A DNA stretch of 64,000 nt from an uncultured Tepidisphaerales bacterium (GTDB lineage Bacteria; Planctomycetota; Phycisphaerae; Tepidisphaerales; Tepidisphaeraceae): NCBI GenBank assembly GCA_964386435.1, contig CAYLSV010000002.1, positions 21,303 to 85,302 of the forward strand, in the 5' to 3' direction. The position numbers were made by a program, and so were the translations under genes. Positions 56,401 to 62,366 of this stretch are shown here, piece after piece. A model generated the notes under the pieces. It was not told the DNA's origin. It worked only from the letters and a program-made list of their open reading frames with translations, and searched no databases. The first letter of the stretch is position 1. Each line of letters starts with the position of its first letter.

Positions 56401-57206
56401 ACCCCGGCACCGACACCGTCACAAGCGGCCGCATCCTTTGGGGCGACGGCACGCAGACGCCATTCACCGGCTCGCCGCTTCGCGGGTTCGGCAAGAGCTA
56501 CAACACGCCGGGCACCTACGACATCAACATCCAGCTCACCGACGAGGACGGCACGTTCACAACGACCACGAGCATTGTCGTCGCGACCACCCGGCCGCCG
56601 CAGGTGGTGCTCGCCGAGTTCGACCGCGAGCAGCAACAGGAGGTGGTCATCCGCATCGACCGCAACCTCGGCGACGTGGTCACCGACGCGCTGATCGTCC
56701 GCAACGTCACGACCGGCGAGGAGTTCCGCTCCACCGCCGTCGCCCGCAACTTTGGCACGCGGACCGCCACGTTCACGTTCGACACGACGCTGCCCAACGG
56801 CAACTACGAGGCGTCCCTGCCGGCGGCCGGCATTCGTGACACGCAGAACGTCGCGCTGCAGCAGGATGTGATGCTCTCGTTCTTCGTCCTCGCCGGCGAC
56901 GCCAACGGCGACCGGCAGGTGAACCTCGCCGACTTCGGCATCCTGCGAGCAAACTTCGGCCGCAACGATGACCCGCTGTTCAGCCAGGCCGACTTCAACT
57001 ACGACGGGCGAGTCGACCTCGCCGACTTCGGCATTTTGCGGCAGAACTTCGGCGAGGAGCTGCTGCCGCCAGTGCCGGCCCCGGTGCCAATCGTCTCCAA
57101 CGGCATCACCTTCGGCGGCCCGGTCCGCGGCTCAACCAGCCTCTTCGACGGCGGCACTGCCGGCAGCGGCAAACGTGGCGGCGGCATCTTCAACGGCCGC
57201 CGTTGA
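44460..57206 (+). CDS. Giant (about 4,248 aa) secreted/surface repeat protein: Calx-beta, RTX, beta-propeller-like, 2x P-domain, PKD-like array, dockerin
   Basis: A single uninterrupted ORF. LEPRRLL motif (44598-44618). Calx-beta at about 44625-45000. GGxGxD nonapeptides at about 48470-49100. SPDGR-type blades at about 50060-52100. Two proprotein-convertase P-domain-like segments at about 52180-52980. About 9 WGDG modules at about 53520-56580. GDANGD.../DFNYDGRVDLADF dockerin at 56895-57055. Confidence 0.9.
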   Translation: MPQSSHVAGPFVHASDANAINAWHHSRGRRALARAADRAAAEVVDKLEPRRLLAALSVNDVDVREEAGNSTATFTVTLDEPASTSVTVDFEAVQSDVQAFGNSGTANPTVGPIGAQRNVDFQATSGTLTFTPGQTSKTVNVTVLPDNVRETDEYFELTLRNAQGAELADSRGQAMIALNDLGPSLGGLMGVEAAGLKQAVGEVFERVRGGVLESVVELDVPLIGEALDRYIQPLIEQLNRWETDLGREIDRIVGELFGGTDDYEAISQLRDALFIAFGPSGLNVLVDGIDPGNGITASDVTLTYAEGGNDTQYLQYDFHLGQSAVTDIAFDIPDIEGLPPFLNFSLDADEGLRLSYRWDVRLGFGISNAYSPNLPGFINIPKPYLNTGPAANDVGGDRQKVPEFVAQIVAESAPPKDGDNIPLDGDFGFGGSVNIGLLSANAKDGTVRGVTLSAPNKRSATGDGTFWLQLGLDGQADEVIQIDVNSGAGTTTPLLLTTLNAQLTTKLQPILSGTLFPPIEAQADLSQLGNLGDPNATLPGINLVSRDARITSMTVFGGEEFGFGADDSIQMPSGVPVGAGAQTDDRRGRTLGFRSNQSSTSSGGRQVLRGVLEGPSDGRLMTNTEFTLAVGSGTGATPVYVRLSQGEAAGVSGLADEDVNVNAGERSLEGEVRRALRLALQSQGLSTNLVEVDVEDGRFVFRSSQQMSIRYQTLERSRAEARVTVDIGNRDFTNVVASDQTTFDRIVVGRGVAGGLPQLIDPIDFNIEAIAEAKLRLNVQAGVNDFGVQDEVEQNLGVVEGGLGLPEVSFDFKLDATASFERDESGSPTIVSDLSDLRFDYVQLDIGELFDTVVKPIVNTVGTIIDPVASLLGTGFDAAEGFITRPVPILSDLQGQDISLLDIAGGEEGLVGQLITAFGSVLDLSQGLTKFLQEYNGEPINFGCFVWDKRIRKILPCAISDTLGSVGGLSLAEFNDSFDTISSSGGGLKLDILNPTEIGKLLVGDDANLVSFTLPKIDGGLGADFGFDFGFIDFELAAGLDLYLELGIGYDTRGLRSIVNALRNDVAPDWADLLDGLYLNTRQSDNPSSTDPNIANPPEAFASVFVDGELDVDIAVASGRVAAGLNGSLAFNLVDPDNDGKLRWQEIEDATDGFEDLSRILSLFDIELVLGGEFEFEVDILFGLVSFDIEDFIDPQFEVKLTLNELLSVFGLDYTEAAVDTTPILAETTTIDGDNVLRLNTGPYAGDRRYGDTNDSGFAVDADGFVINDAAGDPIEIDGARFSVDHLSGNRVRITNDKTGDSQIISTVGIDYILATGLDGNDSFDFAGVNVPVEVRGAGGNDTLVGGNRGDTLHGDAGDDSLVGGDGNDRLVTGTGTAVARGGSGDDVIDASASRSATIFTDAGNDSVLGGNGPDDIRADGGLGNNTIRGGGGSDTLLGGVGDDLIFGGGGADNLFGGEGNDRLLGGTGVDVINGGAGDDLLDGGLGNDVLRGQDDNDTLRGGDGQDTLEGGRNLDLMFGGGGNDDITSDNADLAVEGGFGDDQLSIVFVTGTAVNATFAAGRYSDGNATTRINGFDGGVVTARMSNQADRVTVDGTDYALDLELLDGNDEFILLNALKDVTVDGGDPGPTDVGQDKVTIDYSASDVSREVTLDGRSILLDDGNTFTVDNFELVDILFGDGDDIATLNNTDGYRTNIVGGHGNDVARVADLGGRIDFFGGFLGARDDDGQDELVLELVGSPSDYFNGSISRFAELNAAVETVQIDASATRASASTAWTVSEDGIIAVGGQTLFTNVGADTIRVIDDAAGNDSLGVVATSGVAKKVIIEDQRFELQRNRAVAQTLEFTESDEQLQLGTANIPIGADVLHSPDGRHVYFIGDREGASTDAEISVYGRDDVTGELFPLRTYTESGLNINTDNGYFVMHPDGDAIAVASGDRIRILQRDKATGDLRRTSSFIRSVDRFDRSQTVAWSPDGRSLYAANSSVIHFSYNAANGTLSVEQNFTVASSSTGSSRAPATSVYATENGAGIIIATTDPGRGYHYFQVNPSTNDVIPDSTANGRFIAQQVVRNAFDADRFTRFTGGDEGLGNVYLIDSGATSSSNRDVLRFVLNTDNSLPLSLADSSGFTQFANLSDSQGPFVVGSRLVLPTEPPASNSSVFSFVLQAANLGSTNDSLPGRGASLSAEGDQVYTTFDPGGARPSGGVLKTRFGIFGPSGPSEELFVDEGDVTIPVSTFESLVISEDGTRAYAISKVSGSLLAYDRNPSTQLLRYTGHFATRPADAGLNGVSQIIDIDADNGFVVVSSSVADTLTAYKHNPSAGTIDKIGEPVATGRPIGELIWNGTQLFNTQFLDLFERFDVNDVDGVIRRSGFGTASTEKASAAARLDDIFIVANNNELNPDNTGRLFALEGGLTVNRVAPDNTPYDDLQALVDVDGRILVVASSSRADRIDLFEYSNRNFTLLSTAVNGQGGVSGIARVQDVTISSDARFIVATSGDNDTGAVFALGRGGRLTFLQRLADGVGGAAGIDGATDLVADPITGGFVATSRPDNRGLGGLAQFALRESGESGLIREIISNLQTKVIDLDISGLVGAVGNPRLTVDIDTGGLLNLTQLSLIAPSGQTVLLGGGSHRGMDNLTITDDAAQSLNEISGDGVLTGEARPFEPLSGFTGEDPNGRWRLSVTSFGSNLALNEFKLDLDPRLASIDVPEQIFDNQTSTSTLRVRETSGVIRDIEVEVDIPHTFVGDLTGTLIGPDGTRVTLFDLTGAGRGQGGLLGAVLDDDAQASVRDVVSDPDGLFLPTGILADFHGKSANGTWRLEVSDQANQDQGEIRDWSLGIETTAGKALRIEGSGIEGGRYTGGDASDEVVVRDVTFPGTTVVDTRGGTDRVTIDGTRVGSTIDVNLGSGDDVADVFKADGNVNLRGDGDSDILNLWASGATSNVRIFGGSGNDDVRVDLLNARGSMTLDGQSGSDNLIASTDGNPLIKTGPSNGNGTITYAGRGSTQSYSGFEFVGETRPAAVVVSANPISEGDVLNLAAQVTGLSGRQVERIDWDLDGDGVFGDARGDTPQFTWPQLQLVNIIDDGIYLPTARAELSDGTLAYGSQELLISDTAPTLGIEGPSSFDQFTTQTFTFTADDPGDDAIDSWRIFWGDGTSDIIEAESPTLSHRFRFPGNTTIVAEATDAEESVVTTEFFSVNVRSAAAPVRAATTVPEIFEGDAVPIDLIATGGDAARITQTIIDFDDGREPQVFVGVPGTQTVTYNEEGIYDVRVSFVEGDGSITEAQPLRLQVLESVLQITAELAGRPTGSLVSINEGDSVELIVEATKPGDDQVSEFRIDWGDGSPIKVLRPEPGRELGAEVLTHTYADNNTFAVRVTVVSEDETGEVLAGLVEVDDVAPVVTAVGDATINEGVPYTLTVRPSDPGDLVTLLAVDWGDGTFDTIPNPWGPGNFQVIDNPDGEVRQLRHVYRQDGNYMIRVAGIADGVRSDFSTRPIAVTDVAPEPTVRIVEDFAPASDTNPTIPISEGTTITAEVSTGEQGDDSYNTIQVDWGDGTVDTVPIDRELDLSLRIRGSLVTLLAEGREIGIHQFDEPIDAAAVGLAAEDGSLRFDDLRIIDRNGTPIYAEDFANGLGQFTVRSGSASATNNALVTGTNAVATTAPAALAETIGTAVRVDLQQLGPALTADLIFARYTGYRITWGDGEVTTVEFGDNPTIDDLITDHVYDEPGDYFPRVDFLGGTTPFFQQLKAFAAGETRYGVLIEERLEPGQYLQVDWGDGATERITFANQPDDTGGDDFEIDHVYAGPGQFRPTFVRFTPDANGEPQPGVTLSDIVLIGDRGIIADFSTTVDFDAALGQRGLLIFDYAAQDDYKFAGVLDTGGRREFVIGEIKPDGDDAGGDPDLTIFRRDNAPITQRLTHTYADNGPATQISARVFDAGTSYATDDNVPIQIVNVAPAPTIDVFKTVQIDQTFTLNITAIDDPGTDTVTSGRILWGDGTQTPFTGSPLRGFGKSYNTPGTYDINIQLTDEDGTFTTTTSIVVATTRPPQVVLAEFDREQQQEVVIRIDRNLGDVVTDALIVRNVTTGEEFRSTAVARNFGTRTATFTFDTTLPNGNYEASLPAAGIRDTQNVALQQDVMLSFFVLAGDANGDRQVNLADFGILRANFGRNDDPLFSQADFNYDGRVDLADFGILRQNFGEELLPPVPAPVPIVSNGITFGGPVRGSTSLFDGGTAGSGKRGGGIFNGRR

Positions 57207-57221
57207 GGCCGCGACGACAGG

Positions 57222-59213
57222 TCACGCCCGGCGGTCGGCCCGCGGACGGATGTCGTTCTGGCGATACGCCTCGATGAGCTGCTCGAGCATCCGCCGCTCG
57301 GCGGCGAACCGGCGGCCGTGCTCGGTGTCGGCCATCTGGTGCGGCGGCGTCCACCGGCGGACCGGCGTGACCTGCGGGACAATGTCCACGCCGTCGCGAA
57401 TGGCCGCCTCCACGCTGTCGAAGTGGTGGTGGCGGGCGAGCATGGTGCCGCTGGGCTCAAGCACCAGCGTGTAACCCTGGTCGCCGTAGGCCTCGCTGAA
57501 GGCGCCGTCGATCGTGATGGCCTTGCCGCTCTGCTTCACCGGGTTCTCGCCGGCCTCGATCTTGACCGGGACGTGGCCGTTGACGATCAACCCGTTCTCG
57601 GGGCTGACGCCGAAGCTGCGCAGAATCTTCTCGCAAAACTCCGGCTCGTGGATGAGGTTGAAGTAGGGGTCCTTCGCCTCGTGGTGCGTGCTCTTGTCGG
57701 CAATGAAGTCGCGCTCGAACGTCGTGATCCGGGCCTTGCCAAAAAGCGGCGAGCGGGGGCCGTTCCACAGGTACCACAGAAAATCGAGGTCGGCATCCTG
57801 CCGCTCGGCGTGGGCGCGAAACACGACCCGCTCGATCGCATCAAACATCCCAGGCCCCGCCCGATCCACGCCGTCGATCTTCAGCGGCAGGATCCCGCCC
57901 TCCATGTCCACCGGCACGCACGCGTGGAAGATGAGGTGGTCGTCGCGGACCAGGTACATGCTGCCGCGGCCGACCAGGAACTCCATCTGCTCCTGCAGCA
58001 TCCGGCTGCTGACGAAGCTGTTCTTCATCCGGTCCATGCACAGCTGCTCGTCGTCGGTGAGCTTGTACGGATCGTCCGGGTCAAGCGTCGGCAGGTGCGT
58101 GTCACGCAACTCATGCGTTTTGCCGTCGAGCGTGATCGTGCCGGCGTCGAGGTCGATGTGGTGCAGCAGGCGGCGGTCGTCCATCTCCCACTCGGGGTGG
58201 CGGGCGATCAGCTGCCCCTCCAGCTTGAACTGCATGATCGCCGCGGCCTTCTGCATCCGGGCGATGATCCAGTTGGGCCGCATGCCGTCGGCCTTGGGCA
58301 TGAAGTGAACGGCGTCGTCCTTGTCGTACACGGTGCGGGCGAGATGCTCCAGCGGCGTGAGCGGGATTCCATACCCTTCGTCGAGCTGCGTGAGCCGGCG
58401 GTAACGCAAGCTGATCCGCAGCACGTTGCAGATCAACGCCTCGTGCCCCAGCGCCGCCCCGAGCCAGATGACATCGTGGTTGCCCCAGACGATGCGCACG
58501 CTCGGCTGCTGCATCAGGTAGTCCAGCACCCGGTCGCCCCGCGGCCCCCGGTCCCAGCAGTCGCCGCCGATGATCAGCTCGTAGACCGCCAAGTTGCGGA
58601 TCAGCCGGCCGACGACGTGGACGAGCTCCAACGCCTTGCCGCGGCCCAGCAGCTCGTCGACAATCGTCTCGAGGAACGAGGCGTCGCGGCCGGTGGTCGG
58701 CTCTTGCATCATCTCCAGCAGCAGCTCGCGGTAGGCCCCCGGGAACACGCCGATGGCGCGCTTGAGGCTGTACCCCGTGGCCAGCGTCCGGGCCAACACC
58801 AGCTGCAGCCGCAGCGTGCGGATCACGTACTCGCGGAGCTTCACCGGCTCGGTGAGCGTGCGGGCCAGCGTCGCCGTGACCTCGGCCGGATAGAACGTGA
58901 GCGTCAGAAAATCCTTCAGCTCCTCGGCGTTGAGCTTGTCGGCGAACAGCTTCTCTACCAGCGGCCGCAGAGTGCCGCTGGCGTTGTTGATCACGTGCCG
59001 AAGCTTCTTGTCCTCGCCGTGAACGTCGCTGATGACGTGAACCGTCCCCTTCGGCAGCGTGGCAATGGCCGCCAAACGGGCGATCTCCGCGGTGGCCGAA
59101 TCGATGCTGGGGAACTGCCGGGCCAGGACCTCGAGCCGAACCAGTTCATCCGCCCGATCCACGGCCGGCCGATCATGCGAGTACGCAGGCATGGCGGCAT
59201 CTATAGGAGCCAC
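57222..59213 (-). CDS. fbp: Fructose-1,6-bisphosphatase class 3
   Basis: About 660 aa. HVISDVHGE metallophosphatase start, GGDCWDRG and GNHD motifs, and a length typical of FBPase III. Confidence 0.88.
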   Translation of the reverse strand: MAPIDAAMPAYSHDRPAVDRADELVRLEVLARQFPSIDSATAEIARLAAIATLPKGTVHVISDVHGEDKKLRHVINNASGTLRPLVEKLFADKLNAEELKDFLTLTFYPAEVTATLARTLTEPVKLREYVIRTLRLQLVLARTLATGYSLKRAIGVFPGAYRELLLEMMQEPTTGRDASFLETIVDELLGRGKALELVHVVGRLIRNLAVYELIIGGDCWDRGPRGDRVLDYLMQQPSVRIVWGNHDVIWLGAALGHEALICNVLRISLRYRRLTQLDEGYGIPLTPLEHLARTVYDKDDAVHFMPKADGMRPNWIIARMQKAAAIMQFKLEGQLIARHPEWEMDDRRLLHHIDLDAGTITLDGKTHELRDTHLPTLDPDDPYKLTDDEQLCMDRMKNSFVSSRMLQEQMEFLVGRGSMYLVRDDHLIFHACVPVDMEGGILPLKIDGVDRAGPGMFDAIERVVFRAHAERQDADLDFLWYLWNGPRSPLFGKARITTFERDFIADKSTHHEAKDPYFNLIHEPEFCEKILRSFGVSPENGLIVNGHVPVKIEAGENPVKQSGKAITIDGAFSEAYGDQGYTLVLEPSGTMLARHHHFDSVEAAIRDGVDIVPQVTPVRRWTPPHQMADTEHGRRFAAERRMLEQLIEAYRQNDIRPRADRRA

Positions 59214-59243
59214 ACGTCCACCGCCGACTCAAGACGCACAAAG

Positions 59244-59921
59244 TTACTCCGCCTCGGCCACGGCGTCGGCCAGCTCGTCCTTGTCCATCTTGCTGCGGCC
59301 GCTGATGTCGAGCTTCTTCGCCTGCTCGTAGAGCTCGTCCTTCGTCTGGCCATCAGCGTCGGACTTGTCGTCGCTGAAGCTGTCGTGCAGGACATGGGCC
59401 AACTCCTGCTTGTCCATCTTGCTGCGGCCGGTGACAGCCCGGTCGCGGGCTAAATCGTCCAGCTCGTCACGGGTCAGCCGTTCGAGCTGCTCAACCGAGA
59501 GTTCGCTGGCATCGTCGTGGCTCACGTACTTCCGGGCGGCCTTGGCGGCGGCGGTGTTCTCGACGTACTGCCGGGCCTCGCTCCGCTTCTTTTGCTCCGC
59601 CTTCTTCTTCTCGTCGTGGCTGAGCAGATCCCACGCCTTCTCCGGCAGGTAACGCTTCTCCCCGCCGGCGGCGTTGGCGTCGCCTTCCTTGGTCTGCCAA
59701 TCCTCGTTCGTCCACTCCTCGAGCGACTTCTGCTCGTCGGTCTTCTCGTCCTTGTAGCCGCCGCCTTGCTTCTCGTACTCGTGGGCGAGGAGCTGCGATT
59801 TGCGGGCCGACCATTGACCGGGCTTGCCGCCCTTGTCGCCGGCCTTGATCTTCTCCTTCAGATCCGCCCGCAGCTGCGGCTTCGTGTACTGATCCTCGTA
59901 ATCCTCGGCAGTCTTGCTCAT
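59244..59921 (-). CDS. Acidic/basic hypothetical protein with two C-terminal Rho_N/SAP-like motifs
   Basis: ATG 59921. N-terminus YEDQYTKPQLRADLKEKIKAGDKGGKPGQWSARKSQLL. Two copies of GRSKMDK.ELA preceded by helical segments. Confidence 0.6.
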   Translation of the reverse strand: MSKTAEDYEDQYTKPQLRADLKEKIKAGDKGGKPGQWSARKSQLLAHEYEKQGGGYKDEKTDEQKSLEEWTNEDWQTKEGDANAAGGEKRYLPEKAWDLLSHDEKKKAEQKKRSEARQYVENTAAAKAARKYVSHDDASELSVEQLERLTRDELDDLARDRAVTGRSKMDKQELAHVLHDSFSDDKSDADGQTKDELYEQAKKLDISGRSKMDKDELADAVAEAE

Positions 59922-59950
59922 GCGGGACCGACCGCAAGCGGCGCGCCAAA

Positions 59951-60034
59951 GCGAGAGTATCGAGTGATGAGTAACGAGTACCGAGTGCCCGGACGCGAAA
60001 TCCGGCCACTCGGTACTCATTACTCAATACTCGC
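59951..60034. repeat. Heptad-word hairpin downstream of rplS
   Basis: The left arm is TATCGAG TGATGAG TAACGAG TACCGAG TG. The loop CCCGGACGCGAAATCCGG is itself a small hairpin. The right arm is CACTCGGTACTCATTACTCAATACTCGC. Confidence 0.7.
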
Positions 60035-60043
60035 TACTTCCGC

Positions 60044-60457
60044 TCACGCCGCCTTGTCCTGCTTCTTCGCAGCCTTGGCCTCGTCGGCGGCGCGCTCCTT
60101 CTTGGTCGGGGCACGCTTCTCGGTGATGCGGGTCGCCTTGCCGACGCGGTCGCGGAGGTAGTACAGCTTGGCCCGGCGGACCCGGCCGTTGCGCTTGATC
60201 ACGACCTTCTCGATACTCGGCGAGTGGACCGGGAACACCCGCTCCACGCCCTCGCCGGCCACCAGGCGGCGGACCGTGAAGTTCTGCGTTGGGCCGCGGC
60301 CCTTCTTGCAGATCACGTCGCCGACAAACTTCTGCGTCCGGCTCTTCTGGCCCTCGACAATGTTCACGTGGACCTCCACCGTGTCGCCGACCTGCGGCAC
60401 GGTGACGTCGGCTTTGAGGCTGTTCTGTTCGGCAAAGGCGATGCGGCTGTCGATCAT
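60044..60457 (-). CDS. rplS: 50S ribosomal protein L19
   Basis: Start at MIDSRI (60457). VGDTVEVHVNIVEG...QKFVGDVI...RRLV.GEGVERVFPVHSP...RRAKLYYLR. Lys/Ala-rich tail. Confidence 0.93.
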   Translation of the reverse strand: MIDSRIAFAEQNSLKADVTVPQVGDTVEVHVNIVEGQKSRTQKFVGDVICKKGRGPTQNFTVRRLVAGEGVERVFPVHSPSIEKVVIKRNGRVRRAKLYYLRDRVGKATRITEKRAPTKKERAADEAKAAKKQDKAA

Positions 60458-61099
60458 GGCGGGTCCTGAGTCATCCCGGCGAGCCGGGCGGGCCGCCACG
60501 ACGACTCGTCAGCGTCGGCGGCCTCTGGGGGGAGTCGGGTTGGCGGGCAAGCAGTTCAGCGGGCTTGGCCTTGGGTTCGGCGGCGCATCCCCATACCGCA
60601 CCCCGGGTGCGGCAGCAGGACGAACCTGACTTGGTGAACGGGGTTTCCAGCCCCGTGGAGGCAACGACCTCCGAGTGGACAGCCCACCGATCCACCAAGA
60701 CCGGCCAGGCTGGGACCGGCCAGCTTAGCACATCCCCACCGCCCCGTCATTCCGCCACGCCAAGAAACTTCGCCCAAGGCACTCGACCCGATACGACCCC
60801 ACCCGAACCCCGATCAAGCAACTGCCACACACCAATTGATGCTCCTCAAGACGAGGTGCCGCAGGAAGCGGACAAAGGTGTAGCATTCTGCAATGCTCTC
60901 AACAGCCGCCAACAACCCCGGCCGCCCACCACCCACTTCCACGCCACCGAGCGGCAGGTTGCGGAGAAGCAAGACGCCGAGGGCAAGTGCGTCGCCCGAC
61001 ACGTCCGGAGCTTGAGGTATGGCAGCACTTGGACAACCACCGGCCGCAACGCCAACGCCTATCGAACAATAACTCCCAATCTATTCTCCCGAACAGCAC

Positions 61100-61825
61100 T
61101 TGGGGAGCAAAATGAAGATAATCACAGTGGCTTGGAAGACAGGTTCGGTAATTTTTGAGAGAGTCCGTGTTGCGGTGGCGCGGTTTGACGCGAGGCTTCC
61201 GCCCTTCGGCTTGGTCCCGCGGAGCTGTCTGGCGGCCACGCTGCTGCTGCTGGGTGTGCAGTCCGCGGGTTGCCAAACTGACAACGCAAGTACGCCCGCG
61301 ATACAAGACCCTTCGCGTTCGAGGACGACGATGCGCTATACATTCGACGGGAAACGCCGCGAACTCCTGCCGCGACCGCTAAACCGGACCGGCGAGATGG
61401 GCGGCCTCAAGGACCACGACAATCTCTACAGGGACAGAGAGATTAACGGCGTGGGGGTTCTCGTCCTCAGCTACCGGGTTCCGCGAGAGGAGCATGGCAG
61501 GGCGAAAGACGAACACTGGCTAGGCCGGTCGAAGAAGATCCTGTTCCGCGACACGCGTGACGATTCCGTCCGCCGTGAGGTTCTGGACCGGTTCGAGCTC
61601 GTCGTCATCCTCATCCAGACGGTCCCGTGGGGGTCGCCGGAAGACTACCCGAACTCGTTCGTCCGCGGCTACATCTTCGAGGCGGGCGAGCTTTTCGAAG
61701 GCAAGGGCCCTTGGGTCGACACGGGCGAGAACCTATACCGTCCGACGGAGGTCCCGAGTTGGCCGGGGGGAGCTGGGTTTCCGTTCGTGGAGGCGTACAT
61801 CGAATCACGTGGCGGGCAGAGCTGA
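61100..61825 (+). CDS. Hypothetical lipoprotein
   Basis: Lipobox-like LLLLGVQSAGC. Lower G+C than the core genes. No family recognised and the start is uncertain. Confidence 0.45.
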   Translation: MGSKMKIITVAWKTGSVIFERVRVAVARFDARLPPFGLVPRSCLAATLLLLGVQSAGCQTDNASTPAIQDPSRSRTTMRYTFDGKRRELLPRPLNRTGEMGGLKDHDNLYRDREINGVGVLVLSYRVPREEHGRAKDEHWLGRSKKILFRDTRDDSVRREVLDRFELVVILIQTVPWGSPEDYPNSFVRGYIFEAGELFEGKGPWVDTGENLYRPTEVPSWPGGAGFPFVEAYIESRGGQS

Positions 61826-61850
61826 CGGGGTGGAGAAGATACCGCCCGAA

Positions 61851-61917
61851 CAATGACTCCCGACCCCTTTTCCGCCTCCTTTTCCGCCTCGACCCCTTTT
61901 CCGCCTTTTCCGACCCT
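61851..61917. repeat. TTTTCCG-word repeat block; its first 26 nt form the left arm of a 1.8-kb-spaced inverted repeat
   Basis: CAATGACTCCCGACCCCTTTTCCGCC (61851-61876) matches 25/26 the reverse complement of 63665-63690. It is followed by three more TTTTCCG words. Confidence 0.75.
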
Positions 61918-61991
61918 AGAGATTGGGCCGACGGCGGCGGTTGCTAAACCGTGTAGGATATATCTGAAGGGGGATCGAACGAGGCGTATCT

Positions 61992-62333
61992 ATGCGATTC
62001 TTCTCCAAGTTGACCGCCGTCCTTGTCCTCTGCGTCCTTCTTTGGCCGTCGCTGGCGGGTGCGGCGGCGGACGAGCGGGCTGGCCAACTCGAGGACCCGG
62101 CCGCCGTCGCCGATGGCTTGATGAGCCTGTTTTACGCCGCGCTGCGCAACGAGTCGATGTTCGAGAAGCAGTCGGAGTGGCGGAAATGGCATGGGGGCAT
62201 CAGGCGGATGGTCAATGTCTCGCCGCTGCTGGAGGCGGCCCAGACCTTCACCCAGGCGGCCGAGCGCTTCCCGGTCCACCCCGAGATCATCCGCGTCATT
62301 GAGGCGCAGCTGGACGCCTCGGGCACGGCGTAG
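61992..62333 (+). CDS. Small secreted hypothetical protein
   Basis: Clear signal peptide MRFFSKLTAVLVLCVLLWPSLAGAAA, then a helical 85-aa mature part. Confidence 0.55.
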   Translation: MRFFSKLTAVLVLCVLLWPSLAGAAADERAGQLEDPAAVADGLMSLFYAALRNESMFEKQSEWRKWHGGIRRMVNVSPLLEAAQTFTQAAERFPVHPEIIRVIEAQLDASGTA

Positions 62334-62366
62334 GCCGGGCTCGACGTCGCCCGGCGGCACCGGCTC

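Noticed and set aside
60560-60740. SRP (4.5S) RNA, RNase P RNA, tmRNA or 6S RNA in the structured region upstream of rplS
   Set aside because: The minus strand has AAGUCAGGU, which recalls SRP domain IV, but the GGAA tetraloop and AGCAGC context are missing. No GAGGAAAGUCC (RNase P) or tRNA-like CCA-end (tmRNA) motifs were seen. It is left as an unassigned structured region.
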